Source: Azolla caroliniana (Eukaryota; Plantae; Polypodiophyta). Taken from it: a stretch of DNA of 64,000 nucleotides. Below are positions 12,246-25,650 of the stretch, in pieces (position 1 is the first letter of the stretch; every line of letters begins with the position of its first letter). Location: assembly GCA_043228905.1 (NCBI GenBank), contig JBHGNT010000003.1:9548001-9612000 (forward strand), written 5' to 3'. The notes under the pieces are model-generated. The model was not told the origin of the DNA and did not search any database. It saw only the letters and a program-made list of their open reading frames with translations. A program made the translations under genes and the position numbers.

Positions 12246-15200
12246 TGGTATGAGAGCAACATTGCTCGTAAAGAGGAACAATACAAATCTGAGAAGTTTG
12301 GTTCTGGTTGCTGGTCTGAATTAGAGAGTTATTTGTGAAGTTAATCATTGCAAAAGCCCTAATTTGAAAGAGAGAATGACTGTTGAGAATAGAAGCCAAA
12401 TAGCCATAGGAAAGTTGGACAAAAACAAATTCCCTGCTTGGAAATTCAGAATGACAAATTTCGTGATGGGAAAAGGATATTGGGATTACATTGAAGGAGA
12501 CCTAGAAGAGGCTCCAGAGATTCCTGAAGAAAATGCAACTACTACACAGATTAAAGCATGTAAGGAATGGAATCAAGGGGCAAGGAAATTATTGCATTGG
12601 TTGTCATTTAGCATCTCAGATTCGATGCTTGGACACATACAAGATGCTTTGTTTCCAAAAGAAGCTTGGGACAGTTTGGTAAAACTGTTTGCAGTAAACA
12701 CAAAGGCTAGAAAGCTTCAGTTGAAGATTGAGCTAAATACCTTGGAAAAAGGTAAGACGTAAGTTAATGAGTATGCTCTGAAAATAAAGAGCATATGTTA
12801 GTCACTTGCTTTTATTAATGTGAAGGTAGAAGATGATGATAAGGTGGAAATATGCTTAAGAGGCTTAGGACCTCAATATAAAAGCTTCAAAACATCTATT
12901 CTCACAAGGGATAACATCCCAAGTTTTCCAGATCTAGTTTCAATGCTTGTAGTGGAAGAAAGAAATCAAATGGATGATGTAAACAAAAGAAACTCTGAGA
13001 CTGAGTGGTGAGCCCTCTACAATAGTGTCGGAAGAGGCTGAGGAAGAGGCCATGGAAGATTTAGTTCAGCTAGAACCAACAATAATGATCAAGGAAGAGG
13101 ACAACAAGCTACAAGTGGAAGAAACAACATCAGAGGCATGGGGAGCAATCGAGGCAGAGGTAAGAAAACTTATTTGAATGATGATGGTTGTTGGTATTGT
13201 GGAAAACTAGGCCATACATAGGCTGAATGGTATAAAAAGCAAAATGATGAAAAAAGAGGGAAGAGACAACAAAATAACTATGCTTCAAATAATGAAAATG
13301 TGATAAAGAAGGTGCATTTATGATACAACAGCAATGGCTGAATGTTCACAAAGATGCAATGAAGATTATATGTGGTATGTAGATTCTGGGGCATCTAATC
13401 ATATGACTGGACATGCAAATTGGTTTGAACGTCTAAGAGAACCAAAGATTCCTGGTTATGTACAGACAAGTGATAATACCACTCATATAATCGCGCATGT
13501 TGGAGATATCCCATTGTGGGAAGAAAAAGGAAAAACAAAGTATATGTTGAATGTTATGCATGTGCCAAACCTTGCAAAAAATTTGATTTCTGTTGGACAG
13601 ATAATAGAGCAAGTAATGCAAGTTAAGTTTAAACAAAGTGGATGCTTTATAGAGAAACATGGAAAGCTTATTGCAAAAGGAAAATGTCAAGGAAGAATGT
13701 TTGTGTTAGATGTGGATATGCCTAAAAGATTACAACCATGTTTGCAGAAGGAATGAATGTAATCTCAAATGTGGAGATATGGCATAAAAGAATCGGTCAC
13801 ATAAGTATGCAAACTTTGAAAAATATGTTGAGGAAAAATATAGTGGCTGGACTCCCTAAGTTGAAAGACTGTGAGATGAGCAAAATATGTGAAGCATGCG
13901 AATATGGAAAGCAAAATAGGTTACCTTTCCCTCATGAAAGACATGTAAGAAAAAACTTGTTGGATTTGGTACATACAGATGTATGGGGACCAACAAAAAA
14001 TGCATCAATTGGTGGCTGTAGGTTTTATGTAACATTTATTGATGATTGCTCAAGGAAAACATGGGTTTACTTCATGAAATAGAAAAGTGGAGTATTTAAT
14101 TGCTTTCGTAAGTTCAAATGCATGGTAGAAAAGCAGGTTGGAACTAGAATAAAATGTTTAAGATCTGATGGAGGAGAATACTTCTCAAATTAATTTTCTA
14201 ATTTTCTAATTTTCTATGCAATCAAGGAATAAGGAGACAATTCACATGTAGATATACTCCACAACAAAATGGAGTGGCTGAGAGAAAAAACAAAACTTTG
14301 GTGAACATAACAAGAGTTTGGATGATAGAAAAAAATATGTCATTGTATTACTAGGCAGAAGCTGTAAACACATCAAACTTTATTCTAAATAGATGTATAA
14401 CATCTAGAGTACATGAAGTAACTCCTGAAGAATTTTTCTATGGAAGGACACTTAAAGGTGTTTAGATGCCTTGCCTATGTTCACGTACCTGCTGAAGTAA
14501 GAAGTATGCTTGATCCAAAAGCTGAAAAATGTGTTCTTGTTGGATATTCAGAGGAGCAAAAAGGGTATAGATGCTATAACCCATTGACAAAAAAGATTGT
14601 AGTGAGCCGTGATGTAATATTTGATGAGTTGGGCAGCTAGTACAACTCAAAAGAAAATGTAGAAACTGATGAAGACAATGAAAATGAAGACATGAACAAA
14701 TCTGAAAATGGAAGTGATAACCATGGAAATGGAAGCAATGTTGGATAGTAAAGTTCAAAATCAATAGAATGTACTGGACCATCTGAAAAATCTGGTAGTA
14801 AATCTGAATCAAATGCTTGGAGTGGAAAGAATGCAAGACAAAAAAATATGATGATAAATTGGGAAAACAAAAGATGCTAGAATATGAAATGTTTCATGAC
14901 GGATCTAGAAACATGGAAGATGTAGATTCAGATACATCATTGGATGATGAGTTGGGTATACGAGCCTTGAAAATCCTTGGTATTGAAAACGCAATGAAAG
15001 ATGTAAATCAGAAACTAAGAAGACCAGATAGAGAGAGAAAGATTGTTGAAAGATTTGGTTATGATACATACATGGCTATGCATTATGCATATATGTCTAA
15101 AGTGGTATAGATTCTTGATCCAAATAGTTTTGATGAAACAAAATCTGATAATAAATGGGTGAATGCAATGCAAGAAGAAATAGATGCATTGGTTGAAAAT

Positions 15201-16686
15201 AAAACATGGGATTTAGTAAAGTTACTAAAAGGAAAAAATGTTGTAGGTTGCAAATGGGTCTACAAAACAAACCATGATTCCAATGGGAATGTAAGTAGAC
15301 ATAAAGCAAGACTTGTGGCAAAGGGATATGCCTAGATGCAAGGAATTGATTATGATGAAGCATTTACACCGGTTGCAAAGATGGCAACATTGAAGACACT
15401 ACTTGCTGTAAGTGCAACCAAAAGATGGGTTCTACACCATATGGATGTAAAAATTGCTTTTTTACATGGTAACTTGGAAGAGGAAGTATACATGTGTCAA
15501 CCACTAGGATTTGAAGATAAGAAGCAGCCAAAATATGTTTGTAAGCTGAAAAAGACTCTTTATGGACTGAAACAAGCACCTAGAGCATAGCACAAGGAAC
15601 TTTTAGAATCTCTGGAAAAAATTGCCTTCAAAATGTCAAAAGTTGATCCATCATTGTATGTAAAGAAGATGAATAATTGCATTGTTGTGATTTTGATTTA
15701 TGTAGATGATTTAATAATCGGAGGTGATTCTATGGATGAAATCAGGAAGCCAAAGAAAAATCTTGAAATGAAATTTCATATGAAGGATTTAGGAGAGTTG
15801 AGATATTTTCTTGGTATTGAGATGATCATATCTGAAAGTGGTATATATATGTTGCCAAAACAATATGCAACAACTATGTTGAAGAAGTATGGTATGCTTG
15901 GATCCAAATTTGAGGTATGATTTGGGAGCCAAAATAGAAGATGTAAACATGTATAGGTCTATGGTGGGCAACCTCATATATTTGACTATAACAAGACCTG
16001 ATTTGAGTTATGTTGTTGGATTAGTCAGCCAGTTTATGCAACAACCAACAAAGCCACATTTGGATTGCATTAGAAGAATCTTGAGATATGTAAAAGCTAC
16101 TCAAAACTATGGGTTGTTTTACAGGGCTGATCTGGACATAAAGCTAGAAGGATATACAAATGTTGATTGGGCCGGAAGCCAAACTGATAGAAGATCCACA
16201 AGTGGATATATTTTTACATTGGGAAGTGCAACTATCTCATGGAGTAGCTAGAAACAAGCTACTGCTGCATTATCAAGTACTGAAGCTGAATATAGAGGAG
16301 TTGCAATAGCTATTTGTGAAGAGGTATGGATCAGAAGATTGCTTGCTAATTTGGGAGAGTATATAGATGGTGCAGTCACAATTTGGTGTGACAATATGAG
16401 CAGCATTTAGCTCGCAAAAAACCTAGTGTTCCATGCAAGAACAAAGCACATTGAAGTGCATTATCACTTTGTTAGGGAAAAAGTGATTGATGGAGAAGTG
16501 GATCGGCTGTATGTAAGCACAAATTAACAAGTTGCTGATATTGTTACGAAAGGACTGATCATAGAAAAACATACACATTTTCAGGACATGATGGGAGCTA
16601 TAAACATTGGTATGATAGTTGGAAAGCATGAAGGAAAGAAGATTGAAGATGACCTCAAGAAAGGATAAGTTGAGCTTGAGGGGGAG

Positions 16687-17107
16687 TGTTGAGAAACAAG
16701 CTCAACAAAAGCATGTGATGCTTATTGGGAAATAAGATCTTCTAAAGTAGCTATTTGGAAATTGGCTACTAGTGGACATATAAGTAAAACAACTATTTAG
16801 CTATTCATAGCTATTTAGCTAGTCATAGTTAATTAGCTACTCACAGCTAATTAGCTGAATATGTAAGTCACTTATATACTTAGGTAAAAAAGTAAGAGAG
16901 AGATGTAGAAGCGTAGTGAGGGAGAGAAAGAGAAGAAAAACAAAAAACTGACGAGAGAGGTTTTCTTTGCGTGTAATGAAATTGAAGCTTTTGGGTTGCT
17001 ATAGAGGTAAGTCTCCTTCCCCCTCCTTTTCTGTCTTGAGCACACTAAACGATCCAGCACATCACGATCCACTGTGCATTAAGAAGAGCCGGAGCGCCTT
17101 CGTAACA
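16687..17107 (+). repeat. 3' LTR of Copia-A
   Basis: Follows the PPT; begins TGTTGAGA and ends GTAACA. Confidence 0.95.
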
Positions 17108-19779
17108 TATGGTACATGGACTTGTGGTGCTTGACCTTGACTTACAAAATGTAAAATGTTATTAATAATTATAGAGTTATGATGGATGTCATTTTTCCTA
17201 CCTCCTTGGATATGTAGGATTATCTCTTTAATAGTAGGTTCTTGTTGTTGTAGCTCCGTGATTTGATGGGGGCGAACAAGGGGCTCATCCTTTTGTATCC
17301 TGAGTTAGGAGGCTTGATGCTCAATTCGGGATAAGGAATTCACGACTATATTCGTGATGCCTTGGCAGTAAGTTAGGGTAAATTTGTATTCTTGTAGTGC
17401 CAATGCCCACCTGAGTAGTCGTCGTGGTGGATGACTTTTGTTGATCAAGGAGAGGAGTGGTTGATGGTTTGTCTCGACTTGAACTGTGGTATCGTGCAAA
17501 TAAGGGTGGAATTTCTGCAAGGCCCAACAATTCCTTCTCTATTGTCGAGTAATTTGTTCTGCTTTTGTTAGTGCTCGGCTGATGTAAGCAATAGGTCACT
17601 ATTCATCTGTGTGGTCTTGTTGTAACAATAACCTATTCCTACATTAGACGCATATGTTTGCACCCGGAATGTCCGGCTAAAATAAGGAAAAACGAATGTG
17701 GCTGCATCTTTGATGAGTTTTTTTATTTCATTAAAACTGTTTATGCAGGCGATGGACCACATAAATTGGGTTCCCTTCTTCAAAAGCATTCGAAGAGGTC
17801 GTGTGACCGTGGCCAACTGTGGTACAAACCGTAATGAAAAAGTCACTAGGCCTAGGAAACTTTGTAATGTTTTGACATTAGCTGGGGTTGGATAATCTGT
17901 TATGGCTTTGATTTTTGCAGGATCCATGTTAATGCCGGTGGTTGAAATGATAAATCCCAAGAACTTTAATGATGTTGCACCCTGCTGACATTTTTTCCAT
18001 TGCAGTTGCAGATTATATTTTTGGATACGTCGGAGCACCTCTCCCAAGACTAGGGTGTGCTGCTGCTAATCAGAAGTATGGATCAAGATATCATCGAGGT
18101 ACACCAGCACCACGCCCTCATTGATGAGGTCTTGAAAGATTGTATTTGTCATTCTTTGGAACGTGCTTCCAGCATTGGATAGACCGAATGACATTCTTTT
18201 AAATTTGAATAACCCATGTTGTGTGCGAAAAGTTGTTTTATGTTTGTCAGTAGGGTCTAATGGGATCTACCAGTACCCTGATGCAAGATCCAATGATGTG
18301 AAGTATCTTGACTTCTTGACTTGATCCAACAAGTCGTCGATGCGTGGCAATGGGTAGAGATCATGCTTCGTGATCTTGTTCAAGGGCCTGAAATCGATGC
18401 AAAAACGGAATGTAACATCGTCCTTATGGATGAGATGCGGCTCTGAAATCCAATCGCTACTTGATGACTCGATGATGTCTTTCTCTAGCACATCTTGTAT
18501 TGCTTGATTGATTCGATGATTATGTAACGGTGATCATTGTTAGGGTGTTGATTGAACTGGTTTTGAATTGGCTGTGGGAATAGAATGTTGCACCAGAAGA
18601 TTGATCTTGGTTGTCTTTGTAGGCTTGTGAAATAGGTCGCGGAACTGCTAGAGGATATTATGGATTGCGGCTAGCTGTACTTGTGGTGGTTCTAGGTGAA
18701 TTTGTGTGTGCAAGATGTGTGTGCTAAATTTTGGAGTGTTAAGTAATGGAATTGTGGTTAATGGCTTTGTATTAGGAAAAACTAATATTTGTGTATCAAA
18801 GTGCAGTTGTGCGCCATTCTTTATAAACCAATCACAACCTAACATCATTGGAAATAGTTGGTGCGGTAAGACGTAGAAGGAATGAAGAAAGTTGTGTTGT
18901 GCAAGGGTGAATGTACAATGTACGTGTCTAGCGAATTGGTATATTTTTTGCTTATCACCAAAGATGACATGGATCAACGTTGCGAGGGAAGTGGGTAAAT
19001 TCAATGACTTAACTAAATCTACACTAATTGAAGATATGGTGCTTCTTGAATCTAAAAGGGCTTCATGTGATGTGTGATTTATTTGTGCTATTGTGGAACA
19101 TACCATGCATCCGAAAGAGGTTGCGGCTTGAATGTGCGGGAGCGGCTCTTCCGCCAACGTCCCGCTTCGTTGTTTCCTTGTTCCATGGCGAGTGATGCAG
19201 CGTCGGCCAATTAGATTTGTGTATTTTGATGATGTCTAGTTGTGCCCATTACAATAGAAACAACGGGGCTTACCATGATTGTCTCTATTTGGTAAGCTCT
19301 TTTTAGTGCGAAATTGTGCATTTTGGACGTCTATATCCATTGGGCGCGTAGTCAGCTCAATTGTTGTCTTTTGAATATTGTTATTTGCAGGTGGTGTTGG
19401 TTGTGATCCGCGGTAGGAATGTGCTACACATTGATCCCCGACAAGTGGTTGGCGGTCACTCGCAAGTGGATGGTATACCGATTGCAAACATCACTCTGGT
19501 TACAAGCGTGAACTATGCAACCACCAAACTCGTGATTAGCAGCCACCTCATGACAGTGGGTTCTACGCTTAGGTGTGATCCCTCCATAGTATATTAGCAT
19601 CACATTTAGGGTTTGCCTTACGGCTTTGCAAGGAGTGTGGCTTTCAATCATACCCCTCCCACCTCGTTCCCTATTATTACTCTACCCCTCCCTCTTTCAA
19701 TAATTTTATTCTACCCCTCGTCCCTTATTTCTAATTTTTGTTTCCTACCCCTCCCCATTTATTTCTACATTCCAAAAAA

Positions 19780-20913
19780 GAGATAAACCATGCATTATGT
19801 AGAACAATGAGCCACTCGAATGTGTGGAAAACTTCAAATATTTTGGCCTTGAAGTTCCTTCAAATCATAGATGGAATGAATGTGTTACATGCCTCTTAGA
19901 GGCAGGTAAGTGACCATACTATGCATTTGAGAACACATGCAATCTTGGAGATATTAAGTATTGGGTCCTCAAGAAATATCTTTCCGACACTTTGGAGACA
20001 CTGGTTCTTCTCTATGGGGTGGAAGTATGGGGCGGTAGCATCCCTAAATCTATGTGGAAAGAGTTTGAAAATGTCCAAAAACATTTTCTTACAATTTCTA
20101 GAAGTCAAGAAACGAATGCCCTACACCCTCCTCCTTGAAACGGGATCACTTCCCATTGAGATCATGGCCATGGAAAGGGTTGTTGAATACATGCTTAAGG
20201 TTCAAAAAAGTCCCTCACATCGACTTCCTAGAATTGCATGGGAAGCAAGCAAAAAGATCCAAAAGACGCAGAAAAGCAAAATTTTGTGTTCCGGTTGGAT
20301 ACAAGATATAGAAAAATGGTTTGGTAGATGGAATGCAAGAGACTTGCTTCATGATGCATCACTAGATTCCTAAGTAAATGAGGCCTTTTTGCAATGCAAA
20401 TGTATCATGACATGGGACAAATGTGGAGGCTCATGCTTCACACATTATACTACACACGTTGCACCTAACTACAAAACCATATTCTTCGCGGAATGGGGAA
20501 ACCGTACACATTGATACATGTTAGAGCCCATCCCGTTGTCTGTTATTCGAACCATTACTTCCATGTGACTTAGCTCACATGCATTGCGATGTGAGACAGG
20601 GCATTGGGGCACAAGTGATGAGGGTGGCCGACTATGCACACTTTGCCCTAATCAAGTTCGAGAGTCTGAGTATCACACTTTGATACAATGCTCTACCTTT
20701 TATCATATTCAACTATGCTTTCCACATCTTTTCGACCGGACCCAATCCTTGCATGAATATATCTCACAACCACAATGTGCACTCTTGATTGCAACATTCA
20801 TTGGTAAAGTTCTTAAACATCGAGAGTTGTTACTCACTTTCACACGTAACATGTGAAATGTAATATTTTTGGTCCCATAGGTCATATTTGACCTCCGAAG
20901 ACAGTAATATAAC

Positions 20914-20950
<37 letters not shown>
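19780..20950 (+). mobile_element. 5'-truncated non-LTR retrotransposon (RTEX/RTE-like LINE) 3' end with (CTAT)n tail
   Basis: ORF2 C-terminal remnants LLLETGSLPIE...RLPRIAWEASK and LSSHALRCETGHW...RLCTLC...ESEYHTLIQC, followed by a short 3' UTR and (CTAT)n at ~20914-20950. Confidence 0.8.
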
Positions 20951-20951
<1 letters not shown>

Positions 20952-21019
20952 CTCACACACACACATTTGTATTCTTTAGCTAACACTCTCCCTCTCACAT
21001 ACGCCCACCTATAGTATAC

Positions 21020-22800
21020 TGCTCGCACTCTTTGCATTGACCTCACGGTCTACAACTCACAATATATGCCGATTTTTACATTCGGCAATTCCATTTTGCT
21101 GAGGTGTGTGTCGATAGCTAAATTCCCGTTGAATTCCTTCTTGTTAAAGGTATGTTGTGAAGGCATTGGAGAAATAATCCTTGCAGCCGCCTGATTGAAG
21201 GCATCAGACATGCTGACTGGTTGCCTTTTCGACTTCATTCTTAAACTTTTGGAAGTGTCCGAACACTTTGCTCTTTTGCCGCAAAGGGTAAATCTAGGTA
21301 CGCATGGAGAAGTCGTTGATGAACGTGACATAATATCGGCAACCACCGAATGCTGTCATCTGGGTTGGTCCCCATATATCTAAATGTACTACATCCAGGG
21401 TCCCTTTGCTCACATTCCTCTCTTTTAGGAATGGTTGTCGATGTTGTTTCAATTTCCGAATTGGCAGGCTTCACATATACCTGCCATCTCCTTTTCGGTA
21501 AAAGTCGGGATTCCGATGACAACTCCTTTCGACTGCATCCCTTTGAGCTTTTGGAGATTGATGTGGCTGATTCATTTATGCCACAAATCTATATTGGTGT
21601 CGGCTTTACGACCCTTGGCATTCATTGCTGATTTCATCTTGTGAGAGTCGAGGATGAACATTCAACCTTCTCTTTGACCGCGAGCAATAATTCGGCCTTC
21701 CTTTTCGATGAAGCATCTTCCATTGTTGAACCAAACTTGCATGCCTTGTTCCACGATCCTGCCAACCGAGACCAGATTCTCTGTTATTGTTGGAACATGC
21801 AAGACATTTTTGATGTAGGTCTGATTGCCCTCTTCATCGAATGGGACATTGCCGACATGTTGAATGGGGTGTATAGGGTCATCCCCAGTTTCAACATAGT
21901 CGGGTCGATCGGGTTTTCGGAGTTCTCGAAACCAATCTACATGAGACGTCATGTGATTTGATGCACCTGAGTCGACAAACCATACATCTTCGGAATTGGA
22001 GGTGCTTGTCAAACACGATTCCGTCATCGAATTTGCTCTATGCCGCATCAGGAACATTCTACCAGGATTGTCGTAGTCGGAATTTGAAGCATAATTTGTG
22101 AGTTGTCAACTCGTGAATGTTGTCTCACTTTTCTTTTTCCAACACTTTTCCTCATAGTGGCCGAATTTGCCACAATATCCGCACTGGACGGAGTTGTTAT
22201 GTCGGTTGGGTCTGACATGATTGCTCCCCCTTCTACCCGAGGCTCCTCCTTGCGTGTTCGTGACATCTTGTCGATAGTAGAAGTTGTGCTCATGGGATTG
22301 TCGTTGGTTGTGTTGGCCTTGCTCGAATCGGCCTCTTCTCTCATGACCTTGTTCTCTTCCTCCATCCGAGTTCGAATAGAGCATGTGTCCCTCGTGCACA
22401 TTGCTCCTCATTCGGACGTGGTTTTCTTCGACTAGTAACATTAATTGGAGATCGAAGGAGGGAGGAATCTCTCTTGCGAGAACGACCGACCTTATTGCGC
22501 CGAACCGAGGTGCCAAGCCTCTGAGTCATATCTACACCATTTCATCGCCGTCAATGCTGACATTGATCAACCCGAGGGCATCGCACAACTCCTTGATCTT
22601 CAAGGTGTAGTTGTCGATTGACATGTCCCTCTGTTGAATATTGTTCAACTCCTATGGAGTTTAAGCTTGCGAGCAGCCATATTGGCCGCAAAGATTTTCT
22701 TGAGGTTCCCCCACGCCTCCTTCGGCGCTTTTGCCTCTCGAATGTAGCCGAAAGTTTGATCACGTTGTCATGAAGATTTTCGGCAACAGTGAAAATCGCG
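21020..22800 (-). mobile_element. Truncated Copia fragment (gag, protease, integrase core)
   Basis: Zn knuckle CGYCGKFGHYEEKC, protease WFVDSGASNHMT, integrase remnants YYVTFIDDFS and TPQQNGIAE. No LTRs seen. Confidence 0.88.
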
Positions 22801-23199
22801 TGGAACGAGGAAAATCGAGGTGTAATGTGCACACATATGAAAGGGGTGATGGTTACACATGTCTGTTAGCACGTTAATGTGCACGTGTGATGTGTGTTTA
22901 GGTGTTCATTACACAAGATATAAAAATAAGCCTAGGGCCTAGTGGCATACAATGAGGTGCAAGTAAGGTTTTGAACCTTACACCTCAAGGAGGAGGCAAT
23001 TGACATACCATATGCAATAGAGTTCATGAACATCTTTAAGGCCCATTTGTGGTAATACATGATAGTAGAATGAAATTGCACATGTAACATCAAACTGAAG
23101 AATAGACTATAATGTTACACTAAATTGATGTGACAAGTTTTATATACCTGTGTCGGAAAACAAATCTAAAACCCATTGAAATTTTGAAAAAATAAAAAA

Positions 23200-25650
23200 T
23201 CTTGGATTTTCAACTAGAATCCAATGCATTGCATTGGATTCCAGTTGAAAATCCAAGATTTTTTTAAATTTTGTAATTTTTATAAAAAATTCATAAAAAA
23301 ATAAAAAATGGATTTTTAGCTAAAATATGAAGCACTACATTGTATTTTAGTCTATACAGCTAGAATCCAATGCAATGCATTGGATTAAAGTCAAAATTCC
23401 ATTTTTCTTTTATCCCTTTTCAATGTATTTTTATTTATTTATTTATTTATATTTTTTTCCATATAAAAAATAATAATAAATGGCTTTTCAACTGAAATCC
23501 GATGCACTGCATTGGATTGTAGTCTATGCAAGTAGACACTGACGTAGTGCATCAGATTTTAGCTAATAATCCTTTTCCTTTTCAACAGTTTTTCATTTTA
23601 TTGACAAATAAATAAAAATATTAAAAAAAATGGATTTCCAATTGAAATCCGATGCATTGCATCGGATTTCAATTGAAAATCCAAATTTCTTTTAGTTTTT
23701 TTCATAAAACAATGAATTAATAAAAAAATATTGCATTTTCAACGAAAATCTTATGCACTACATTAGATTTCAGTTGAAAATCCATGATAAATGAAAAAAA
23801 TAAAAGAAAAATGATGTATTTTCAACAGAAATCCAATGCAGTGCATAAGATTTCCAGTGAAAAGCTTGGTGAAAATGATGGATTTTCAACGGAAATCGGA
23901 TGCACTGCATCGGATTTCCGTTGAAAATACATCATTTTAAATGGAAAAAATCCATAATTGTTTTATTTTAAACATTTATTATGGAAAAAATAAAAAAATT
24001 TCAAAAAAATAAAAAAATGTGGATTTTCAATTGAAATCCGATGCACTGCAGTGCATTTCCATTGAAAATCCATTTTTTCAATTTTTATTTAACTATTTAT
24101 GGGGAAACAAAATTCCAAAAATAAGAACATTTGGAAAAAAGAAAAGAAAAAGTGAACTTTCAATTGAAATCCAATGCACTGTATCAGCTTTCCATTGAAA
24201 AACCATTTTTTCAATTTTTTTTATTTATTTATGAGAAAGAAAAACAAATTAAAAAAATAAGAAAATTCGGAAATAAATAAGAAAAGGTGGACTTTCACAA
24301 AATCCGATGCAATGCACCGGATTTCCATTGAAAATCCATTTCTTCAATTTTTATTTATTTATTTATGGGAAAAATATAAAAACTCAAACAAAATACAAAA
24401 CAAATTCAAAAAATAAGAAAATTTGCAAACAAATAAAAAAAAGTGGACTTTCAACTGAAATTCGATGCAGTGCACCGGATTTCCATTGAAAATCCATTTT
24501 TTCAAATTTTATTTTATTTATATATAGGAAAAATAAAAAAAATCAAAACAAATTCAAAAAATAAGAAAATTCGGAAACAAAGAAGAAAATTCAGAAACAA
24601 ATCCGAAAAAGTGGACTTTCAACCGAAATCCAATGCAGTGCAGTGGATTTCCAATAAAAATCCATTTTTTCAATTTTCATTTATTTATTTATGGGAAAAA
24701 TAAAAAATAAGAAAAATAAGAAAATTTGGAAACAAATAAGAAAATGTGGACTTTCAACTAAAATCCGATGCAGTGCAACGAATTTCCATTGAAAATCCAT
24801 TTTCTCAATTTTTATTTATTTATTTATGGGAAAAATAAATCAATTCAATAAAAATACAAAAAAAAATCAAAAATTAAGGAAATTCGGAAACAAATAAGAA
24901 CAAGTGGACTTTCAACCGAAATTTGATGCAGCGCACCAAATTGCCATTGAAAATCCATTTTTTCAATTTTTATTAATTTAATTATGGGAAAAATTAAAGC
25001 ATTTAAAAGAAATACAAAAACAAGTAAAAAAAATAACAAAATTTGGAAACAAATAAGAAAAAATGGACTTTCAACTAAACTCTTATGCACTCATCGGATT
25101 TCCATTGAAAATTCATTTTTTCAATTTTTATTTATTTATTTATGGTAAAAATAAAACAATTCAAAAATAAATAAAAATAAAAATAATTCGGAAAGAAATA
25201 AGAAAAAGTGGATTTTCAACATAAATCCAATGCACTACATCAGATTTCTATTGAAAATCCAAAATTTCAATATTTATTTATTTATTTATGGAAAAAATTT
25301 ACAAAATTACAAAAAATAAGAAAATTCAGAAACAAATAAGAAAAAGGGAACTTTCAACTGAAATCCGATGCACTGCATCGGATTTCTGCTGAAAATCCAT
25401 TTTTAAATTTTTTTCGTTTTTTAAAGATATTTTGAAAGTGGATTTTCAACTGAAATCTAATGTAGTGTATCATTTTAGTCTATATAGCTAGAATTTGATG
25501 CAATGCATTATGTCTAAGTTGAAAATGCAAGAGTATTTTTTTAATGGAAATTTTTTAAAAAACTCTAAGACTTACAACAGGAATGTGATGCACTACATCC
25601 AATTCTAGATGTATAGAGTAAAATTCAACATAGTGCATCAGATCTAGATG
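23200..25650. repeat. Array of ~20 palindromic ~50-bp units with A/T-rich spacers
   Basis: Consensus GGATTTTCAACTGAAATCCGATGCA-N-TGCATCGGATTTCCATTGAAAATCC at ~23204, 23309, 23482, 23632, 23733, 23816, 23880, 24021, 24153, 24289, 24445, 24613, 24748, 24906, 25065, 25209, 25347, 25439, 25570. Confidence 0.92.

Larger units (their letters stand above)
11823..17107 (+). mobile_element. Full-length degenerate Ty1/Copia LTR retrotransposon (Copia-A)
   Basis: LTRs 11823-12245 and 16687-17107 (TG...CA). PBS TGGTATGAGAGC at 12246 (tRNA-iMet-like), PPT GAGGGGGAG before 16687, TSD TCTGG/TATGG. Contains gag, PR WYVDSGASNHMT, INT HTDVWGP, RT YVDD and RNase H; many premature stops. Confidence 0.97.
10793..19600 (-). 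mobile_element. Degenerate Ty3/Gypsy internal region (gag-PR-RT-RNaseH-INT), interrupted by a Copia insertion; no LTRs recognised
   Basis: Zn knuckle RCFYCNGH (~19250), protease ALLDSRSTIS (18648-19157), RT FCIDFRPLN/YPLPRIDDLL/YLDD (17568-18491), RNase H NYSTIEKELL (17305-17599), integrase WDLMGPFP/YHPQSNGLTE and GPY motif WLGPYTV (10800-11820). Gypsy domain order, with many stops and frameshifts. Confidence 0.9.

Noticed and set aside
22930-23010. Minus-strand B-box-like GGTTCAAAACC suggesting a tRNA/SINE
   Set aside because: No convincing A box or cloverleaf.
23200-25650. CRISPR array interpretation of the palindromic repeats
   Set aside because: The spacers are homologous low-complexity A/T tracts of variable length, not unique sequences. 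The repeats are degenerate, there are no cas genes, and the context is eukaryotic.
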